Virus record (IMG/VR): IMGVR_UViG_3300017527_000515
Coordinates: 32,001 to 96,000 of that record
Reading direction: 5' to 3' (one strand)
Origin: a virus
DNA: 64,000 nucleotides
Within the stretch, counting starts at the first letter, position 1. Every line of letters starts with the position of its first letter. Below are positions 42,982 to 53,500 of the stretch, in pieces. Position numbers and translations under genes: made by a program. The notes under the pieces are model-generated. The model saw only the letters and a list, made by a program, of their open reading frames with translations, was not told where the DNA came from and searched no databases.

Positions 42982-43026
42982 TTTGTATCCCTCCTGGACG
43001 TTCTATTAAACTACAGGTTACTTAAT

Positions 43027-43233
43027 TTACTTAACATTCTTACATTGAACGAACATTCCGTAGTCACATTGATATCGTCTATCACAGCTTTTACAGTTGT
43101 TCTTTTTATATACTTCAAGCCTGGCTCTTAGCTGCCTGGCCGTTAGGTATTTATATCCGCCCATTAGTGATTCTGGGCTACCTGGTTTTGCCCGGTTAAC
43201 TGCTCTTCTTTTTGCACATCCTCCACATGCCAT
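43027..43233 (-). CDS. Small basic Cys-rich protein (68 aa)
   Basis: MACGGC...CKSC....C......C. GGAGG RBS. Confidence 0.7.
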   Translation of the reverse strand: MACGGCAKRRAVNRAKPGSPESLMGGYKYLTARQLRARLEVYKKNNCKSCDRRYQCDYGMFVQCKNVK

Positions 43234-43244
43234 TATTTCCCCTC

Positions 43245-43475
43245 CTAATTAGTAGTAGCAACTAAAGTAACATGAGACTCCCACCAATCAGTATTCTGTA
43301 TCTGATTGAGTGCGGCGTTAGTTACATATCCTCTAAAAGTCTGACCGCCTACATCCTGGAGTTCATTATAAGCCTTGAGCCCAGGTGTATCACTTACAAT
43401 AGTATAGGTAATAGTAGCTATACCTATTATATCGTAACTTACATTAAGTGATGTACATTCTATAAACTCAGCCAT
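43245..43475 (-). CDS. Small hypothetical structural protein (76 aa)
   Basis: GGAG RBS, beta-rich. Confidence 0.65.
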   Translation of the reverse strand: MAEFIECTSLNVSYDIIGIATITYTIVSDTPGLKAYNELQDVGGQTFRGYVTNAALNQIQNTDWWESHVTLVATTN

Positions 43476-43486
43476 ACTTGATCTCC

Positions 43487-43789
43487 TTAATAATTAAAGT
43501 TCAACCCATCCTCATCTATATATCGAGGTGGGCCAACTTCTCTGCCTTGGTAATAATTACCTGACCTATCTCCTATCCTGGAGAATTGAGCTGACACCAG
43601 ACCACCCTCCACGCCCTGCCCTCTAAATTCTGAACTAGCTGGAAGAGATGTGGTACATTCATATATGGTTATGTCATTAATTTCTGCGCCGAAAGTATGC
43701 AACATTAAGCGACCATCGGCCACCGGCATTGGTGCCGAAGCTCGTAGTCTATATTGTAATCCTTGGTATGAATCACCTGTATGTGCCAT
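43487..43789 (-). CDS. Small hypothetical protein (100 aa)
   Basis: GGAGAAGG RBS, tight operon spacing. Confidence 0.65.
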   Translation of the reverse strand: MAHTGDSYQGLQYRLRASAPMPVADGRLMLHTFGAEINDITIYECTTSLPASSEFRGQGVEGGLVSAQFSRIGDRSGNYYQGREVGPPRYIDEDGLNFNY

Positions 43790-43801
43790 TTATCCTTCTC
43801 C

Positions 43802-44410
43802 TTAATCAGTTATGCTAAATGCAAAAGAGTATGAAGCTATTGGTATCTCTCCTGGATTCATATCCAAAGAGAAACTCTGTAAGTACAAAATAGGACCATT
43901 ATCTATCACGAAATTATCATACTCCAATGTGCTAGATGTATCAAAGGGTATTGGTCCGCCAGTATAAATGAGACCGTACCCATCTTCTTGTTCGGTTTCC
44001 ATATAAACCGTGGCAGGGCCTGATCCAGCGTTAGCATTTATCGTGCTGTATTTCCTGCCAGTAGATTGGCCGCCAGGTATACTAGCTAATGTTTCTACAG
44101 GGCCAGCCACATAAGATGCGCCCTCTCCGGCTGGGATAAAATAAACTACATTAAGATCGCAGTCATAGCGCCTCACCCAAGGTATGGAAACACCAGCTTT
44201 ACCTATACAACCTGTATGTATTCCACTGTCTTGTTGAGTGGATGTAACGGCATATCCAGTAATGGATACTGTGCCCATAGTAGGCCCCACCAATATCTCA
44301 CCGCCACATTTCTTAATTATCTCTGGACGAGTGCTGCTATTCACGGAAATGATGCACCCTTCCAAATCAAGTTCTAAATTTCCTACTAGCCTACAACAAT
44401 CATCAGCCAT
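43802..44410 (-). CDS. Tail-tube-fold-like structural protein (202 aa), tentative
   Basis: GCIISVN...LYLQSFSLDMNPGEIPIASYSF. Position downstream of the TMP and hub-like genes. Confidence 0.45.
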   Translation of the reverse strand: MADDCCRLVGNLELDLEGCIISVNSSTRPEIIKKCGGEILVGPTMGTVSITGYAVTSTQQDSGIHTGCIGKAGVSIPWVRRYDCDLNVVYFIPAGEGASYVAGPVETLASIPGGQSTGRKYSTINANAGSGPATVYMETEQEDGYGLIYTGGPIPFDTSSTLEYDNFVIDNGPILYLQSFSLDMNPGEIPIASYSFAFSITD

Positions 44411-44420
44411 GATTAGCTCC

Positions 44421-44822
44421 TTATCTTGTTATATCATCATCAAAATAAGTACCGTAAGCAGGACCACCGTGAACAATAGTACTATGGTCGTGTATGGGTA
44501 CTGCTATGATGTTAAGCAATCCTATTTCCCCTGTCTGTGCGAAAAACCAAATTGCATTTTTATAAGGCTGTTTATGTGTATAAACAACTGAGGCCTCATC
44601 TCTATCAGTCGGGGATATGCCGCCCACCAATTCATCTTCCACTACGAAACCTCTTATAAGATCACTAGCATTTGGTCTATCATCAAAATAGCCAGGAGGC
44701 GGGTCGTCGCCCAACCTTACAAAATAACCACTAGTCTCTCTCTTAGAGAGAGGTATCTTAATTTGTATCTGCTGGCCAGGTATTAGATATACAGAACTAG
44801 ATGATATTTCTTCTTGTGCCAT
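44421..44822 (-). CDS. Putative spike-tip-like protein with an HxH motif (133 aa)
   Basis: C-terminal PIHDHSTIVHGGP. Follows the hub-like genes. Confidence 0.4.
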   Translation of the reverse strand: MAQEEISSSSVYLIPGQQIQIKIPLSKRETSGYFVRLGDDPPPGYFDDRPNASDLIRGFVVEDELVGGISPTDRDEASVVYTHKQPYKNAIWFFAQTGEIGLLNIIAVPIHDHSTIVHGGPAYGTYFDDDITR

Positions 44823-45430
44823 TATGCATCTCCTTGCTGCTCAACAAAATTTACCTGCATGATAACACCAGGTTTCTTGCCTTGGTCTTTTATTCTATCT
44901 ACATTAGGCTGGTTCTGTGCTCGAGTACTAGTTACCTCTCCTTTCTTTAACACATCACCACCGCCCGTCTCAATGGTGGGATCTTCCGGCGTATACGCCA
45001 ACTTACCGGTTCTGAGGCCAGGCCTAGTGACACTGTTTATTGCCACCCAAGTACCTCTAGTTGATCTACATCGTCTAGTATATTTCTTACCATCCAATCT
45101 AGATAAAATATCATTTCCACTTATGCTCAATATAACAAAGATTGGGTCATCTCTACAAGGAGTTATATTAGCGGTCCTACATATACCAGTAAATATTAAA
45201 TTAGCTGGGGAGTCTTGGCCTGCCCTTATAACAACCTGCTTTCCAAAGATATTACCCACAGTTCCAGCCCTGACTTTCATAGAAGCTGAGAAGGTAGATA
45301 TCTGCCCTCTGGATCTATCCACATTAAATGACATTATTATATTATCAGAAGCCATAGCAGCAGACGGAGTAACAGCTATTAAATTTCCCAGTGTTATAGA
45401 AGCCCTGATCTTTACCATTTGTATTGCCAT
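44822..45430 (-). CDS. Baseplate hub (gp27/late control D)-like N-terminal domain protein (202 aa), tentative
   Basis: MSFNVDRSRGQISTFSASMKV...GKQVVIRAG...LIFTGI...SISGND resembles hub barrel domains. Confidence 0.5.
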   Translation of the reverse strand: MAIQMVKIRASITLGNLIAVTPSAAMASDNIIMSFNVDRSRGQISTFSASMKVRAGTVGNIFGKQVVIRAGQDSPANLIFTGICRTANITPCRDDPIFVILSISGNDILSRLDGKKYTRRCRSTRGTWVAINSVTRPGLRTGKLAYTPEDPTIETGGGDVLKKGEVTSTRAQNQPNVDRIKDQGKKPGVIMQVNFVEQQGDA

Positions 45431-45439
45431 AATTTCCTC

Positions 45440-47524
45440 CTATTGCTCGATTGGACAGTTATGTATTGTAACCTGTACTTTGTCGCCTGCTCTAATAACA
45501 TCGTGCGTCATACTTATTGCCCATCGATCTCCGAATCCATCTATTCTTACCTTAAAGGTCATATTATCACCAACACTATCTATGATTGTGCCTGTAGCTC
45601 CTACATCCTCATTCATCTTTGCAGTAGGGCCGCCATCCACAGGAGTTAGACCACCTACCATATACGGACCTTCTGTTACTGATACTGTGTACGCACCTTG
45701 ATCAGAGTATGCATATCTTATGGAGTTTACTATACCTCCGCTATTACCAGTGCCGCCTAGTTGAGGATTACAACTTGGACCACAAGTATATACAGTCTCA
45801 GTCACTGAACTATTCATGTAGTCATAAAGAGTTTCTGCCATTTGCTGAGCTTTGAATTGTGCGTTATCATAATCCTCATCTTTAATGAATGAGTATGTTA
45901 GCGCCATACCACCGCCCTGCATATTATCCATAGCCTGTTCTAATTTCGTGTCTTCAAAATCCTCAACAGTTGTAGGATCATTATCGTGAAGTGGTAATTG
46001 ATCTATAGGGCCAGTAACGCCGGGTCCTCTATATCCTATTGGCGCCGGTATTTCCTCTACAACTATAGGCGCCACATAATATTTTAAATCTTCTGCTATT
46101 TCGAGACAGCGGGGAGTGCCCCCAGCTGTGATACCGTTTGGGTCTTGCACTACAATACACGGGGTTGTAACATCTGCATACACCCATATCTCTGTAACCA
46201 AAATACCCTTCGTCTTTGAGTGGGGAAACACAGTGCCAGTATATTCAGTATCTAAATCCTCGCCCAATATTTCAGCGTATTTACATGTGGGATTTATAAA
46301 ATATGCAGTCTCATGCCCATAAGAATAGGCGTCATTAGGTCTGGTATCTTTACCAAATACTATGTAAGGTACCTTTTGATCGTTCTCATCTTTATAAGCA
46401 ACAGCATAATCCCTACCTTCTGTTAACTTTCTGGATGTTTTTCTCTGAGTTTCTATAGTTAACATTAGAGTAGAGTTATCTTCTGTCATAGCCTCTAAAG
46501 TATTTTGATCATTTTTAGGTCTAGCAAAACATTCCTCTATGTCTAACCCTACTAAAAATACTGCTGATATGCCTGTAAGAAGATCAGTTGTGACACCCCT
46601 TATGGTTTCGAATCTAAACTCTGGCGGGACCGGAACTATTACACCATCGTCGGGGTTTACTTCCTCGCCCTGACCAGTCCAGCACTCAGCGCCATATATA
46701 TCTGGATTATATGTATTGAGATCTTGTATTTCTCCCATAAACGGACCATTCTCTGAGCCCTCAGTATCTCCTATTATTAAAGGTATAGATGTTTGATTAG
46801 CATATTGAATAGTAGTGTCTTTAGTTACAAACTCTCTTGGCGGTTCTTTATATATAGCATATCCCAATACTGCATCCCAAGGATTGTTGTCATCTATTTC
46901 ATATAAATTATCTATACCATCGTTATACGCTGTGTCTAACTGGGGGTCTTTAAATACTATAGTAGCGTATCTACTGAAAGATTCCCTATGACAATTATCT
47001 AGCATATCCTTCATACTATATATGGTTGTGGCATTGGTTCCCCATATAGGCTGCCATACCATTTCTTTTCTTGTTACTAATGGTTGGCCGCCTGTCACCA
47101 TCACAGCAGTAATATCATCTTTATATTGTCCTAATTGGGTCTCATAATATATATCAGTTATGCTGCCTGATCTACCACCAATAGGTACAAACTCCACTTG
47201 CCCATCTGCAGTTACCATGGCTTCATAGAAATACCCTCCGCCATCTTCTGCTGAATGATGTATCAACGACATATTAATTACTGTCCTAGCATCCATTCGT
47301 TTTATATCAAGGTCAATTAGATTACCTCCTATTGATGGGGTAGCGCAATCTATTTCATTAACTCTTAAAACATCATATGCTAGATTTTCTGGGCCTTCGC
47401 ATTCCACATAGTCAGACTCTCTTACCAAATCAACATCATTGAAATGCTCCCACGTATCTTGGTCTATTATACGAGACCCGGTTTCCTCAGCATTGTTATT
47501 TGTTTGATATAACTCTTGAGGCAT
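45440..47524 (-). CDS. Baseplate hub/distal tail-like protein (694 aa), tentative
   Basis: Immediately downstream of the TMP. C-terminal GIVNSIRYAYSDQGAYTVSV plus an OB-like tail (FKVRIDG...RAGDKVQV). Confidence 0.5.
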   Translation of the reverse strand: MPQELYQTNNNAEETGSRIIDQDTWEHFNDVDLVRESDYVECEGPENLAYDVLRVNEIDCATPSIGGNLIDLDIKRMDARTVINMSLIHHSAEDGGGYFYEAMVTADGQVEFVPIGGRSGSITDIYYETQLGQYKDDITAVMVTGGQPLVTRKEMVWQPIWGTNATTIYSMKDMLDNCHRESFSRYATIVFKDPQLDTAYNDGIDNLYEIDDNNPWDAVLGYAIYKEPPREFVTKDTTIQYANQTSIPLIIGDTEGSENGPFMGEIQDLNTYNPDIYGAECWTGQGEEVNPDDGVIVPVPPEFRFETIRGVTTDLLTGISAVFLVGLDIEECFARPKNDQNTLEAMTEDNSTLMLTIETQRKTSRKLTEGRDYAVAYKDENDQKVPYIVFGKDTRPNDAYSYGHETAYFINPTCKYAEILGEDLDTEYTGTVFPHSKTKGILVTEIWVYADVTTPCIVVQDPNGITAGGTPRCLEIAEDLKYYVAPIVVEEIPAPIGYRGPGVTGPIDQLPLHDNDPTTVEDFEDTKLEQAMDNMQGGGMALTYSFIKDEDYDNAQFKAQQMAETLYDYMNSSVTETVYTCGPSCNPQLGGTGNSGGIVNSIRYAYSDQGAYTVSVTEGPYMVGGLTPVDGGPTAKMNEDVGATGTIIDSVGDNMTFKVRIDGFGDRWAISMTHDVIRAGDKVQVTIHNCPIEQ

Positions 47525-47534
47525 ATCCTTCTCC

Positions 47535-50500
47535 TTAACCTACACCAGGTCTTGTAGCGAAGTTCTGTGCATCTTGTGCGTATCGTCTGGCTTCACCGAC
47601 TTCATACTGCATACGCCCCTCGAACCTAGTTACTCTGCTGGTTATTTCACTTATGTTATTTCTATTAGTATTAATATCATGTGTGACCTGATTCATAGCT
47701 TCTGACACTGCGCTTTGTATTTCAGGCTTCACATTATTAGCTGTCAAGGCTTTGGATTCTAGGTTAACCATTCTTTCCTCTAATTCTCCCTTGACTGTTA
47801 TTAGTTTGTCCTGTACATCAACTACTGCGTTAGATATTGAATCTAGGCTGTCTGCTCCTACAGATCCATTAGCTGATGGATTAACATCTACAGTGGCATT
47901 AGCCAGCGCCTGGCTTATAGCATTGGATATTTCCGAAGCTACTCCAGCAGCATCTACAGGTACGGTAACGTCGGCAGTATCAACCCTGACCACAGCGCTG
48001 TCGGTGTCTACCTTAACTACCGCGCCCTCCAAGTCTACTGGTACCTTAGCATCAGTTGTATCTACCCTAACTTTAGCGTCAGCTTCTACTTTAACTTCTG
48101 ATGATTCTATAGCACTCTTAACCTGATCTGCTATCTGACTAGCTACTTCACTACCATCTATTTTAACAGTGGTTGAGGTTAAGGATGCTCTAGTCAAATT
48201 ATCATCTACCATACCGCCCGCCTGGAATCCCTTAGGTAGTATGGTTTCTCCCTTCTGAGCAAACACCGTACCAGTTTGGGCAACAACTCCACCATTATGC
48301 ATCACTGGTCTAGATTTATTACTACTAAACGTGTCTTTATAAAACTGTTTAGGTACTTCGTAGAAACCCTGTTTCATTGCTTCGAACATTCTTCCCAGCT
48401 TCTCTCTTGCTGAGAAACCTCGGGTTTCTTTCTCGAAATCTTGTTTACGACCCTGGCCAGCTATTTTTATCTGGTCTCTTACTGCTCTTAGCTCAGCAGG
48501 TTCCAGTTTACCCTTACCGAATCTACCATATAACATAGCCAATGAGTCTACAGTTGCTGCGTCTTTGGCCATACCGAATTGGTTAGCTATATCCTCAGCA
48601 TTAATGGCTGCTTTTTCCAACATGGCCTTAGCAGCAGCAGCGCCTACCTCATCCCCTGCTTCTTTAAGTCTGACATACTCTTTAAATAGATGAGGACTGG
48701 CAAGAAATGCCAATCTAGGATCTTTTATTCCATATTTATTCTCATCAACCTTTTTACGAACGTCATGGAAATTTTTAGTAAGTTTTATATCCTTCATCAG
48801 AGGCTTGATCTTGTTCATGTCTACATTGCCGGACATAACCATAGCTTCTAGACTTTTTAACTCATCTTGTCTATTAAAGTTTGGATCATTCTCTGATAAA
48901 TATCTTAACTTATTGTAATATTCATAGGCCAGCTGGGTATCTCTACCTATACCTGCCGTACCGTATAGATTTTCTAAAACATTACGATCCGGTGCTTGAG
49001 GATCTACCTCGCCCTGCATAGCCTTTCTGCTTATACCAGCCACTAGTTGAGCTCTGGCTACCTTAGCACGTGTATCCTGTAGTTTCTTACCTGGGTTCGC
49101 ACCTGGGGTGGCCTCGTATCCAGGACCCACCGTTGGAAGCGGTAGTTGCCCTCTGGCCATAGCTTCTTTTCTTTCTTTATATGCTAATTCATTAAGGTCA
49201 TATTTAGATTGAACACCGTGGGATAGACCTTCCGCACTAACTATACCGGTTTTAGAATCGAACGTATAGTTGAATAGCCCTTTACCCTTAGGTGCTGGTA
49301 ATATACCAGGCTCTCTCAGTGCGTCATAAACTTCTTTATCCCTCTTAAGAGCTTGTCTATTCTCGCGTTGTATTGTTTTAGCATGCTCTGCTTGAATCTG
49401 GTTATAAACATCCACATTACCAGAAGCCTTTGCCGCAGCAAGTTGTTCTTCGTAGGTATGCTTACCTACTAATGCTTTCTCAGCGAACGCCTGCTCATTC
49501 AAAGCTGCCAATCTCTTACTTTCTTCCTGAACAGTTAACTCAGCAAATCTAGCAGTAGGTTGTCCAGCACCAAATGATGGATCTGGGTCTACTATACCTG
49601 TATTAACTCTATATGCTTTATTGTTTGCAAAAGTACCTTGATCTCGGCGTGCTGTAGTCATAGCGTCATCTGGCAAACCACCTACTATGTTACCGTTCTC
49701 ATCCAGCTCAACTATCTCTCCATTTATCTCGGTGAATCTTCTAGCCAGACCGCCCTCTGCATACTTCTTACGCTTCATCCTACCGCCCATGCCTTTTTTA
49801 TCTATAGCATCAAGTATATTAGTCTTGGTGTCTTTACTGGTAAGATAACTAAATGTACGGGCATCACTTCCCATTTCAGCAAGTTCTTCTTCTGTAGCTT
49901 CTACCTCACGGCCGAAGTAAAATTCTTTAGCAGTCTTAAGCCATTCGCCTATCTGGCCTATAATACCGCCTTCGGCGTAATGCTTACGCTTCATCCTACC
50001 GCCCATGCCTCTAAACTCTGCTGGTTCGGATAAGGCTATACCATACTTATGGTATATGTCATTTTTCATATCATCACTGAGTAATTTTCCCGCGCCTATA
50101 TTACGGAGAAACTCCCCAATTTTTCTTTTTTTCTCATGGCGTTGCTTAAGAGCGTCTAGTTGTTGTTTTAGTTTTTCCTTTTCTTCTTTAGATCGTACCG
50201 GCTCAGTTTTAGGTACGAAAGGTTTTATCTTACCACCATCACCATACTTCTTAATCATGCCGCCCATACCCTTACTATCTATGTCACCTGCGGCATCAAG
50301 TATATTTTTCTTGGTTTCTTTGCTGGTTAGATAGCTAGTGGCTCGACCGCTTTCGGCGCCTCTGGCTAAATCTTCCTCACTTACTTCTACATCCCTACCA
50401 AAAAAGAAATCCTTTGTTGTCTTTAGCCAATCTTTGATGCGGCCCGCCATTCCGCCTTCGGCGAAATGCTTACGCTTCATCATGCCGCCGCCGCCTTTAT

Positions 50501-53500
50501 TGTTGTGCGGGTCTACTGCATCAAGTATGTTCTTTTTAGTATCCTTACTTGTTAAGTAACTAAATGACCTGGCGTCTTCTGCCATTTCAGCTAGCTCTTC
50601 TTCTGTAGCTTCAACTTCGCGGCCAAAATAAAACTCTTTGGCGGTCTTTAGCCAATCACCAATCTGGCCCATAATACCGCCCTCAGCAAAACCAGTGAAC
50701 AATTTAGTATATTCCTCTACTAACGGGCTCTTAATTTCTCCAGCTTTGACTAATTTCACAAACTCTGCAAAGTTTTCTCGGCCAAATTTAGAAGCATCTC
50801 CTGTGAATCTCTCAGCATATTTAGACACTGGAGGTTGGGCTATAAAACTATCCATGAAATCCTTCATCTTCTGAAGTCTTTCTTTAGTTAGGGTCTTAGC
50901 TATCTCTGGATCATCTATATGTTTACCTATTAATGATGGATCTTTTAAGAATTTCTTTACAGCTGATTCTGTTACATGGCCTCCTATCTCATGCTCAAAT
51001 CCGCCCGCTACTACTTTTCTTCTTGATGCTAAATCAGAAGCTTTAGCCAAGCCTCTAGAAGATGAAACTATATCTTGTCCCTCTTTAAAAGTAGTAGTTA
51101 GCTTTTGTCCTTCCTTAGCCTTAGTACTTACCTTTAGATTAGGATTAGTCATAAGACCGGCTACAGGATGATTAGATCTAGCTAGTTTAAATTCCTCGTT
51201 AAGTATGTCTATATTTTTAGCTAAATCGGCCTTATTGGTTGCTTTACCTACAGACCCTGATAAATCCACTGCTGTATCTAGAGATTTAAGAGCCTTTCCT
51301 GATTTACCTAGATGCTTTATAGACCCAGGTACAAATGGCAGCACTGCTAGACCGGCCAATCCTCTACTCAAGGGACCCAGTTTCTCATCAGTGATAACAT
51401 CTATACCAGTTATAGCTTCTTGAGCGCTTTTAACATCACCCACTATAGGGGAAGCGTCTAATACAGTAGAAGTAGCAAGCTTACCAAAAGACTTTAATTC
51501 GTCTTTAGTAGGAGGTCTGTAAATCTCATCATATTCTGCCTTGGTCATAAATGGTTTTCCTGTAATGGTGCTAACAGGAGCTCCATACGCAGATCTCATT
51601 TTGCGGCCTGAAGGACCTACATATAAAGGATTAGTTTCATCATACTCCCTAGAAGAAACCAACTTGTCAGGAAATCCTCCGTTAGCCATCCCCGGAGGTA
51701 ATTGACCTTCCTTATTCATATATTCAAGAGCAGACATTCCTAACTTAGAAGCAGATGCTGCTTTGATTACATATTCACCTGGGCTTAACATGGCAGGGAC
51801 CTTGTCTTCTTTAGGACCACCTTCACCGAACACTTTACCGCCCTGAGCTCTGCCCGTTCTTTTCTCATGCTCAGTTCTTGAGTCTATAGATTTCACATTG
51901 AATTTGGGGTCTGTGTACGGGACTTTTTGTATTCTACGAAGTCTTTCCGCCTCGTGTTGATCATAACCCTTATCCACAAACGCCTGTCTATTAATATCTG
52001 GAGCTTTAGATTTAATAACATCCAGCAATGCTTTGATGCCACCATCAATATTATTTAGAACTGATGTTTGATCAGTCAATACCCCAGTTTGTGCATCAAT
52101 ACTCTGTTTTATTTCCCCCTGACCAGCAGCAGTTTTTTCAGTCTGTACGTTTATAGACTGATCCACCTTGTTAAATCCAGTCTTGTTTTCCTCTATTAGT
52201 CTTAACCTGGTTTCCTCATGTGCATTAGCTCTTTCTGCCGCGGCCTCTTCTAATTGATTTTTATATTCCTGTAGCTGTAATAATTTCTTATTCAGCTCTA
52301 TTAGCTCAGTTACTCCTTGAGGTGTTCTCCCCTCTTCTATATCTTTTTTATTTAGACCTATTATATTCTCTCTTGCTGTCTGTACTGCCTTAATCTTGCT
52401 GTCTATAAGAGAAATAATCTTTTGGGTTTCCGCCTGTCTCTGTCTGGCCGCAGCAATATGATCTGGCATCTGTGGACCAACAAAAGATTGCTCGGCTGGT
52501 GTATAACTTCTTAAATATTTTAAGGCCTCTGACTCGTAAGCAAAACCACCGCCTTGTAGCCCTGGTAGTTTACCATACTTATTTATGTATTCTAAATTCT
52601 TACGACCTAATTTAGCTGCAGATGCTTGGTTTATTACGAATTCTCCAGAGCTAAGCATGGCCATTATGTTATCATCTTTTGGTCCACCTGGTCCGAATAT
52701 AGCTCCGCCAGCGGCCTTTTTAATAGCCGAATCAACCACCTTCACTTCTAAAGGATCTCCTAACTTGCTTATCATCTGTTCCATATAACCGGCTACAGAT
52801 GTAAGACCTTCTTTTGATCCTCTGGTACTTTCTGCTATACTAGATAGATGGTCTATCATTAGCTCTTGATTAGATGCTAGACCCATCTTCTGGAATTCTT
52901 TTCCGTACTGTTCTTTTAAGGAATTCTTTAAGCCTTCGAATTTACTGGTTAACTCATCAATTTGCTCTACAGTTATACCCCTACGTTCTTTCTTACCCTC
53001 AGCATTTATTATCTCATCGGGGGCCGCCTTTAGAAACGCACCGGCCTGTTCTTGTATAGCTTTAGCAGTTGCTTTGAGTTCTGGAGACACATTATTGTTT
53101 CTAGTTATACGTTCTAGATCAGTCATAAGTGTTAGGACTGGATCAGTTTGTCTCTTAAATCTCTCATCCTGTTTTTGCTGCTCTTTAGCGCGAGCTTCGC
53201 CTTCGTATTTAGAATCTAGAGACAGATAACGCTGCAGCAACTCAGACGTTTGGCCTTGCTGCTGCATGGCTCGGAGGATCTCTGCTTCCTCAACGTTTCT
53301 TCTGGTGTCAAATTCCTTTAGGTTAATTCCACCTCTGGCTGCCTCTAATCTAGTGGCTGGGTCTACAAGCTGTAATGCGTCTGCTCCACTTCCGCCAAGA
53401 AATTTATCTGTTTTAGCTCTGAACTCTTTAATACTAGCTAATTCATCTATAGCGTCCTGTACTGATACTTCGGTAAGTGCGTCATTAAGTTTGAACATAG

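Noticed and set aside
45440-45500. HNC near the C-terminus of the 694-aa protein as an intein junction
   Set aside because: No intein block A, B or F motifs and no LAGLIDADG domain upstream.
49750-50690. Direct repeats as a CRISPR-like array
   Set aside because: They are in-frame protein repeats, non-palindromic and about 216 nt apart, with spacers related to one another.
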